From NCBI RefSeq assembly GCF_006345805.1, contig NC_043009.1, forward strand, positions 31,682,001 to 31,746,000: a stretch of 64,000 nucleotides of DNA, in the 5' to 3' direction. Shown here piece by piece: positions 54,999-64,000 of this stretch. The stretch comes from Octopus sinensis. Lineage: Eukaryota. Positions within the stretch are counted from its first letter, which is position 1. Each line of letters begins with the position of its first letter. Below the pieces are notes generated by a model. It was not told where the DNA came from, searched no databases, and saw only the letters and a list, made by a program, of their open reading frames with translations. A program made the translations under genes and the position numbers.

Positions 54999-56153
54999 TA
55001 TATATATTATATATATATATATACATACACACATATATATATATTAAAAATGGGGAAAGCTGGGTTTCTTTCAGATTTATGTTTTCTATGAACAACATAT
55101 ATATATGTATGTATATATATATATATATATGTATATATATACATATATATGTATGTTTGTATGTATGTATGTTTGTATGTATGTATGTACGTATGTATGT
55201 ATGTCTGTATGTATGTATGTATGTATGTATGTATGTATGTAGGCATGCATGTATGTATGTATGCATGCATATGTATGTTTTAAGAATGCGATTTTGATTT
55301 TTTTTCTTTATTTCCATCAATAAGTTTCTCTTTCGAGAGTTTATGAATATTTTAAGTTATCTTGAAAGTGCAGTAAATGTATTTTGAGACATCAAAAACT
55401 TCCTCCAGTCGATGGAAAAGTTTTAAAAAGCAAGTTAAAAGCAAGCAAAACATAATTCTTTAATATATGGTGCATACATAACAATTTGCTGGAAGGCATT
55501 GGTTCCTTTAAGGCTCTCAAAATCAAAACATGTAGAGGAAAATTAAATGTTGTTTATATTAAGGAAAATTTTATCTTTAATGAATAAAATTTAAAGAATG
55601 GTTTTTATAACTTTTTCAGAAATTTTATGGCTGTTTATTTATTAATTCATTTATTTACTTATTTATTTATTTATATAAGGGAAAAGGGTGTATACTTTCA
55701 TTTAACAATTTCATTTAAAGGATTCAAAATAATATTTCGATTTTTGTGATTAAATCTCCAATAGATGGGAAGAGTTTCCTGTGGACATGATGGAAGTTTT
55801 AATACAAACTTGTTTTTATTAATGGATGCAATGTTTGAATTCTCATTCTTCCACTCTGAAAGAATAATCCAATATGATCTTCAATAGATTTCAGCATTTC
55901 CATCATAAATTAAATCATACACGCATGTTTATTACTTTAATTCTGTTTCCATTCTGTAGCCAAGAAGGTGCACTGCATACATGCACAGCTTTTACATTGT
56001 TGCAACAGTCATTATGGAACCATAGTGGTGCACTGTACATGCATGACTATTACATACTTACTGAATTATTTATAGAACCATACTAGCACCTTGCTCATGC
56101 ATGTGCATTAAACTGTTGCAGTATTCACTCTTTGGCCATGTTAGTGCCCTGTA

Positions 56154-57355
56154 TGAGTTACATTCCAGAAGTTTTTTTTTTACTTTTCGGAAGAGGGGCA
56201 GCTGTAACTGATTTAGGTTATTGTAATTTAAGTCTATCATCACTATATTTCTAATAAGCTGACATGCCAACTTTGTCACTCCAAATTGAAGGAGATGGCT
56301 GTAGCAGCACTTTGAGCACACCCTACTAAACATTGCTCGTCAAAGCTGACTAGTTTGCAGAATGCGATTGGGACACAAACCTTGCTGTGCAAATAAAGTT
56401 TCATGATAAACTGGGCAAAATCGAAACTTATGAAATTCTCTGTTTATGGATCGACTTTGTCTGAGGCTGGCATCTGTCATTCACTGGTAAAAAAGTTCAA
56501 GAATGGCAGAGGAAAAATGAGAGACGATGAAAGGTGGGGGAGGGAGAAGGAAGTCAGAATATCTGAAATGGTTGAGAAAATTTGCAGTTTTCTAGATGAA
56601 GACTGTGATGTGTCTGTAAAGACAATAAATGTACATTTTAAAGTTGGAGTGGCAACTGTAGACGTAATTATTCATGAGGATCTGAACATGCACAAAATTT
56701 GTGCTAAATTTGTTTGCAGGAGGCTCAGAGAAGAGCACCCTGATATGCTGAGACCCCCTTCGGTCATGTCTGACCGTGGGATTGCACCTAGAAAGCTACC
56801 CTCTCAGGCACCCGGGCAAGGTTGTTTAAGGAAGACCAGCAATCGCCCATGCATACCGGCCTCCCCTCTCCACGCCACCAGTGTTATCCAAGGGAAAGGC
56901 AACGGCCGATACAACTTGGCACCTGTGACGTCGCAACTCATTTCTACAGCTGAGTGAACTGGAGCAATGTGAAATAAATTGTCTTGCTCAAGAACACAAC
57001 ACGCAGCCCGGTCCGGGATTCGAACTCACAACCTCACGATCGTAAGGTCGACGCACCCTGATAACCAATTACATAATAGAGATGGGCATCAAAACTACCC
57101 CCTCACCCTTCCTACGGACCCCCCTTCAAGCTGAAGAATAACTTCAGAGGTAGTCGTTTTGAAGATGAAGGAGTCTGTGACAAGGGTCCAAGACACCTTC
57201 ATTTTGGAGGAGTCTTTTGTGAAGCAGCTGGAGTGCTACATCACGTGCATTAAAGTCAGAGGGTTCTGCTTCGAAGGAGATTAGAACTTTGTACTTCCTA
57301 CAAATTAATAAATGTCTTTCCTGAAAAAATCTCAAGACTTCTTGGATGCACCTTG
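56154..57355 (+). mobile_element. Mariner (Tc1/mariner) transposon remnant with internal deletion and SINE insertion
   Basis: Translations give ...DDERWGR...IIHEDLNMHKICAKFV, EMGIKTTPHPSY and RGSRFED...CIKVRGFCFEGD*. The terminal inverted repeats are degenerate (16/23 matches counting the flanking TA), with TA at 56152 and 57356. Confidence 0.85.
56746..57052 (-). mobile_element. Young SINE family C copy with 11-bp TSD
   Basis: CpG-rich copy flanked by GCACCCTGATA at 56735-56745 and 57053-57063. Confidence 0.9.
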
Positions 57356-59532
57356 TACATGCAAATTTCTTCAATTATTCTAGGCTTCATTCAGTAGCTA
57401 TTCTGTTGCCCTCCTTGCATTTTGGTTGCTGGTGCCGTTATTTAAATTGCATATCCTGCAATGCATACTGTGTCACAAGGAGTGTTGTTATTTGGAAGAA
57501 TCAATAGGTTAGTGGAAGCTACTCTTTCCTGGTTATAAAAACCCGACAGACTGTTTATGAGGGACATTAGAAAGTACTAGATCAGCAAACATTTTAAAGA
57601 CTTCAGAGAAACCAAAGTAGTTCGTAAACCTTGCTCTATTATATTGAATTACAATGAATTTTGAGTCGAAATATTATTGAATGTAAATAAGTGATTCATG
57701 AAAACAACAAACACACATACACACACATATGTAATAAAATAACAGTGTGTGATATCACTATAATATATAAACGTAAGTAGAGACATACACAAACATACGC
57801 ACGTGAATGTATATATGTTATGTTTCAGAAATGTTTGCTGCTTCAACACAAATGTAGAGCTAGAGTGTCATCTTTCTGTTAAGACTCAGAGATTTCAATG
57901 TTTTATCGTATGTTATTATGTTGGCAATTGTCATGCGGACAAGTGATTAATCATTACTGTTTTTCTCCAAGAGCCTCCCTGTCAAAGGAATAGATACTTC
58001 AAGTAGAAGCGGCAGCAGTAGCAGTAGTGGTCATAGCAGTCGTGATGGTGATGCTCGTGGTGGTGTCAAGTAGTTTTGACTGCACATGTGTTGTCACAAA
58101 ATTCCAGTTATATAAACGTATATGAAAACCATTAAGACACCTATGAACTATTTTTCCCCCATTTCAGTGGATTTAGAATACTCTATAAGTGCTTTATCGC
58201 TGTTGTTGTTGTTGTTGCTGTTGTTGCTATCAATGACCTGCTAGAACTATTAGTATGCCAGAGAATATTATCAGCAGATTTTTGTCTGTCTTTACATTAC
58301 TAATTTAGATTCCACCAAGGTCGACTTTGCCTTTCATTCAGGGAATGGCAAAGAATATTCTATGAATCCTTTGGTTGAGCTTCAGATCATCGTACTCCCA
58401 CGTCCCTGACCCTGAGATTCATATTGGCACTGGATATCGTTCCCTAGCTTGTCACTGGATCATGTCAGTAGGGTAAAAAAGGTCTGTGAGGTGCTGAAAT
58501 TTTAGGCTGTGAAATTGCCAGCGAGGGGACAATCCAATGCTCGGAGGACGTCATGGCAAGCACGGAAGTTGCAGACATGAACTTGGATAAAATAAGTACC
58601 AGTTACACACTAGGGTTCGATGTAATTGACTAACCCTCTCCCCAACTAATTCCCAGCCTTGTGCCTATAGTAGAAAAATTATTATTATTGACACATGAGT
58701 CTCCTTTCAGAAACATCTTATATTTTAAGTATTACAATTAGAATGTTTGCCATACCAGTAAATAAAACTAATGAAATACTTAAAAAGGGACTGACCTTAA
58801 CACACGGAAGTAGATGACTGAAAAAAGTGAGGTTATTTCACAAACTCTTAAACTCACATCGTATTTTGCTTCAAGGCCAGTTCATTCTTGTCTCATGACT
58901 ATGCCATTAGGTGCCCCCACTGGGTTTACCTGGTGAGCAGAGATTAGAATCCCAGCAGGACTTAAAACAAGACTTGTCAAAAGGATAGAGGAATCTAGTG
59001 TAGGCTTAACGACTATTTAGCAATAGCATGCGGACATCCCTGAGAAATTCTGAGTTTGTGTGTAGCATACAGGAAGTGAGGCACTCCTATGCTTTTGCTA
59101 AAGCATGTCTCCTGAAAAAAGGGCACTGATATAAAATTAGATATGCAGGGAATAGTAATGAATATTCTAGGAATCCTAATTCTAATTCGTACTCCCACGT
59201 CCCTGACCCTGTGACTCATATTGGCACTGGATATCGTTCCCCAGCTTGTCACTGGATCATGTCAGTAGGCTGAAAAGGGTCTGTGAGGTGCTGTGCAACA
59301 ATGACTGGATCTGAAATTTTAGATTGTGTAATCGCCAGTGAGGGGACAATCTAATGCTCGGAGGATGCCATGGCAAGCATGGAAGTTGCAGACATGAACT
59401 TGGATGAAGTCAACTGCTGGTGCAATAACTTTGTACACGGGCATTGCTGGCATTTTTAATTGGCAATGGTCAGTCAGGGTCTTCCTTGGTTGTGAATGGA
59501 CAGCCATCATCATATTCATGTATGTATGTGTG

Positions 59533-59564
<32 letters not shown>

Positions 59565-59699
59565 TGTATGTATGTATGTATGTATGTATGTATGTATGTA
59601 TGTATGTATGTATGCATGCATGTATGTATGTGTATCTAGCTTTCCTCAAATGAATATATAATTAAATGTTGGAAAGTTTTGTTCTTGTTTACAACTCAC

Positions 59700-59766
59700 G
59701 CAGCCAGTTTAATCCATAATAATCTCTCACCACAACCAAGTTTAATCCGTGACATTGGCGACCCCG
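59700..59766 (-). CDS. Candidate exon of an unidentified gene
   Basis: Pyrimidine-rich acceptor (ttttccatcttccatag) and GTGAGT donor. Two frames are open: RGRQCHGLNLVVVRDYYGLNWL or GSPMSRIKLGCGERLLWIKLA. I recognise no homology. Confidence 0.25.
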
Positions 59767-60711
59767 CTATGGAAGATGGAAAAATTTTGTCAAACCCAAC
59801 AGCATTTCTTAACCACAATAAATAATCCAAAAGTGGGTGAAAGAAAAATTTATATTTCTGCTTAGGAAGAGACAGAAGCAGATTAAATTTTGCCACATGT
59901 CAAGTAGTGAAACAAGACTTTCAGTACATGAACCAAAGGATTGGCTGCCAATTCAAGAGATTCCAGTGGCCATCAACCTTACTATCTAGTCGTCTTCAGT
60001 ATTTGAGTTAATTTGTTTCAAATTACGTGAAAGAGCTTTCCCATGTATCGAATATTTATGTAACTAAATCGAATTTATCGATGCACATGGTACAATACGA
60101 ATTTTGTTTGATTTTTGAATTAAAAATACATTTATCAGTTTTATATCGAGTCTCTATTTGTTTGCAGTCAATTAATATGTTTGTTGCCTAATGTGTATTT
60201 GGAATTTATATACGTGTAGCTGTAAGTTTTAATCTCCGATAGACACCACAGAAAGTTGTGATTATTTCTGTATCCATTATTAATTAGTTGCTTTTTTTTT
60301 TTTGAAAAAGGTGATCTAGATTCTCTCTAGTAGAGCACAGTGTTAACAATTAAACACAGCCTCATTAATAATGGATATACAAAAAGTTCTATAGACAACA
60401 ATTATCAATGATTTCAATTTCAAAATCAAAAACATATTGATACTTACCACCTCTGAGCACACCGACATCACACGATTTGAAACTTTGTTTTCCCACTCCC
60501 TCTTGAGAAAGAAAGTTAACAGCTATTGCAGCAGCGAAATTCTTTATGTATAAATGTTTCTCTGGTTTTATTTTTCAAATTCGTCATCAATGAGGAAAAG
60601 TGGTGTCTACATTAGGAAAAAAAAGACCTCTTTCATTGGAATTTGGGGAGTACTAACAGGGTAGTCTTGTACATATGTGTGTTTGTATATATATATGCGT
60701 GTGTGTGTGTG

Positions 60712-60743
<32 letters not shown>

Positions 60744-63422
60744 AATGTCTGCATGTATGTATGTATGTACACAGTGATGCACCATGGACTGCCAGTGCCT
60801 GAGTAAGGCAAATATTTTTCCATATTCTCTTTGTCTATTCATAGTCTTTACTCTTTTACTATCCACCCACCATGCTACCCATGAGTTAGTTGTTGGTTCA
60901 ACCAGTCAGCGGTCCTAATACTGGAAAATGTATAAAAAAAAAGCTTGAAGCTTGTATTTCATTGCATGAAGCATTACTAAAAGCTTTCTCCTCTTCTGAT
61001 TTACATAGAATTAAAATCTCAAGTTCTTCAGTCCCACGTGATTGGAATGTATGCTGCAACTATTTGATGCCTTTGGTTTTATAGTGAAGTTACTTTCTAG
61101 CCTGTCTTTCAGACACAAATATGCTTCAAAGGCGATGTGGTATTAGAAGCAATTTTTTTAGATACAAACGAATGTGTGTGCTGTAGGTGTCTTACTTTAA
61201 ATGTATTTTCATTTAACCCAATTTACAATTATCTCTGGTCTGTCAGTTCTGCATCTGTTCTGTATACTATTTCTTTAAACAGGTAATTTCCATTCAAAGA
61301 GCACCTAATAAAGTTTCTACTGTAACATTCAGCTTGCGTTATTTGTGATCTGGCTATAGATCTTGTGGTACCGTTACTTTTATAGTTTTGTAAATCTGTG
61401 TTACGCATACAATAACTAGTGTAAAAAGTTTTGTAGAAAGCTTTTGTGGTATCTGTGTCAAGTAGAGAAGTGTGTAATGATTAGTGGAAAGTAAATCCTA
61501 CTGATATATGTGTAAACATTTAAACTATGAGAAATATTAAACTCATTCTTTTCTACTTTTATGTTTGGTGTTATTTGCTTTGGATTATTTTGTATATTCA
61601 GTTTTGTTTTCCGGCTTCAAGCTAAATTTTTATTGTAGTTTGGAGCAGTATTGTTAGATATAACACCATTCGGTTATAGGTTACTTACATGTCCACTAAC
61701 GTTGCATGATCGTGGACGCGTATATGGAGCTTCTATTTATGTGTTTTGTTTCTTCATATATTTAATGCTTCACCTTGGAAATTTACTACCTTCACATTTA
61801 TATTCATCATCAGTTTTAAATCAAATTCTTTAAAAACTCAGCTAATTAGAATTTTCGCCATATAGTTTTATAGCAATCCGTTCTAAGTATCGCTCCCTAA
61901 TTCTTATAGATTTTTAGTTTTATCATCTTGCACAAATATATTGTTTGAATTTATGAGAGATGATGAATCGTTTAATGGGTTTTAAAAGACACTGTTGTAA
62001 TTATTAAATCGTAGTAGTTTATGAGTTTAATTAAATGGATTTCGAATTTTGTCAGATCATTATTCTGCGAGGGATTCCTATTGAGTTTGAAGTTAAATTT
62101 TCTCTTGTGCATTTCTGGAAGAATTATACCTTCATATATATACATGTGTGTCTGTGTGTGTGTGTGTGCATGTATACTTGTGCGTGCGTATTTAATGTAC
62201 ACACATGCCCAGATATATATATACATATATATACACACACACATATGTATATACATATATGTATATACATGCATACGCACACACACACACACTTATAAAC
62301 ATATACAGATACATTTAAATATATATTCAAACATACACACACAAACATAAACCAGAGTTAGCTTATTTCTATTATTAACAAATGGGCTTTTTATGAATCC
62401 AGATAAATTTTTTGGTGAACTTTTCCAAGACATAGCACCATTTTCGAAGATGTAGCAGTTGAACAATTTTGTGTCTTTTTTTTTTTTTCTTATTTCTTGA
62501 AAAGCTTTTGGCATTTATTAATTGAAGTGTGGAAATTCATTCTCTATCTAAAAGTTAATGTGATTCTGAGAGAAGGAAAACAAACTTAATTAGTTCATAG
62601 AAAATGAAATTGTAGTGAATGACACATTTTTGCAGGAGTGACATATTTATTGTGAATACAATATGTGCTCTGAAGTTAAATGCTATTGACATCTGCTTGA
62701 GAATGTAGAAATAAGCAATGAATTATTATAGCATTGCTATGTCCATTTTCAGAGCAGCTGTGCTGCCAGTAAGACAAACGTAGCTTCATTAACTCCTGCT
62801 CCTCATAAGAAGAGATTCTTCAGATGACTAATATAAGCATGCACGGACATAGACTGTGCACGACTAAAAATTGCCAAAATATAGTTTAATGTTTGATATT
62901 AAATAAGAAAAGGGATCGATTTAAGGCATCAGTTCATTTATCAGTCTCGTCATACGCTTATGTGTATACACGTATAATAATCCTATGTACTTTAGAATAA
63001 TACTCAAACCATATCTGAAGTGGTTGTCATATTGCTAAAGGTCAAAATATTTCCCTATATTTCATAGCTAATTGATTAAAATTTCAGAGTTGTCAGCCCT
63101 GCATTTTCTTTTAATAAGATTTGCATATTTATATAATGAGTATTCTCGTTAAAAATTTAATATTCATAGTCATTCTAAAACTTGCAACAACATTTTGACC
63201 GTGTTTTCCTTAAGCCACACAAGACACATAAACTTACCTGAAAATGTCACCATATTACTAAAATTCACTGTATTTTAAACTTAATTAATCCTAATGAATT
63301 ACAATAATGGTGTTGCTTCCCTGCTATTTTTCATCTAAATTATTCATTTAAAAAACATTTGTTTTCATCATTAAGAGTTTAGTTTTTATTAAAATACATT
63401 AAGTACGCTTGAACTTATTTTA

Positions 63423-63488
<66 letters not shown>

Positions 63489-64000
63489 GTGTCTATCTGT
63501 CTGTCTGTCGATTCATCTATTGTTTCTGTTTCTCTTTATATACGTGTGTGAGTGCACATACACACACATACACACACATTCACGCATACGTGGGTATGTG
63601 TGCGTACATGTAAATGTACATGTGTATTCTAGGTGCTGCCTATGTCTGCTCAAGAGTATATAGACTCTTGAAACAATTATCGAAAGTATGGTGCATGTGT
63701 TCAATATCGTAAAAGCGAGGCTATGCAAATATGTGTGCATATTGTTATACATTTAAGTATTCTGGCTACAACACAATTTATATACATGTTTTAAAAACTA
63801 TTCGAGATTTTTATCCCTAAATATATACATGCTTACAACATTATTCTTGGAAAAACAAAATAAGTTTATAGTCTGACGGCTACTATTCATAGCAGATCAC
63901 GTTGTCCATGAAAATTTTATGAGTAAACAAAACAAAGCCCCATGGATTTCTTTGTTTTGTCGCGTGGTTGTTTGTTGTTCGAGTTGAGCTGATCAATGAT

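Overview
This is AT-rich eukaryotic DNA saturated with microsatellites. The repeat content and a 5S sequence starting GCTTACGGCC point to a coleoid cephalopod, probably Octopus (inference). No host gene can be called with confidence, and most long ORFs in the track are microsatellite artefacts. Supportable content: (1) a young, 5'-truncated CR1/L2-group LINE with one frameshift (2672-5350, minus); (2) Penelope-like GIY-YIG remnants and two minimal hammerhead-ribozyme motifs; (3) a HERO-like RLE retrotransposon remnant; (4) two R4/Dong-like RLE fragments plus a non-coding element stacked in a (TTA)n array; (5) a decayed mariner carrying a SINE with a target-site duplication (TSD); (6) at least four families of SINE-like repeats, a piggyBac-type MITE and a Helentron-type HINE; (7) a ~1.79 kb tandem duplication. 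The most interesting signal is a full-length 5S rRNA sequence fused to the 3' tail of the LINE in this window (42/44 nt identical), with a short TSD. It is a candidate 5S-derived SINE (SINE3-type) or a template-switch chimera. Several low-confidence exon and promoter candidates are listed. Repeat boundaries are read by eye and are approximate unless exact positions are quoted.
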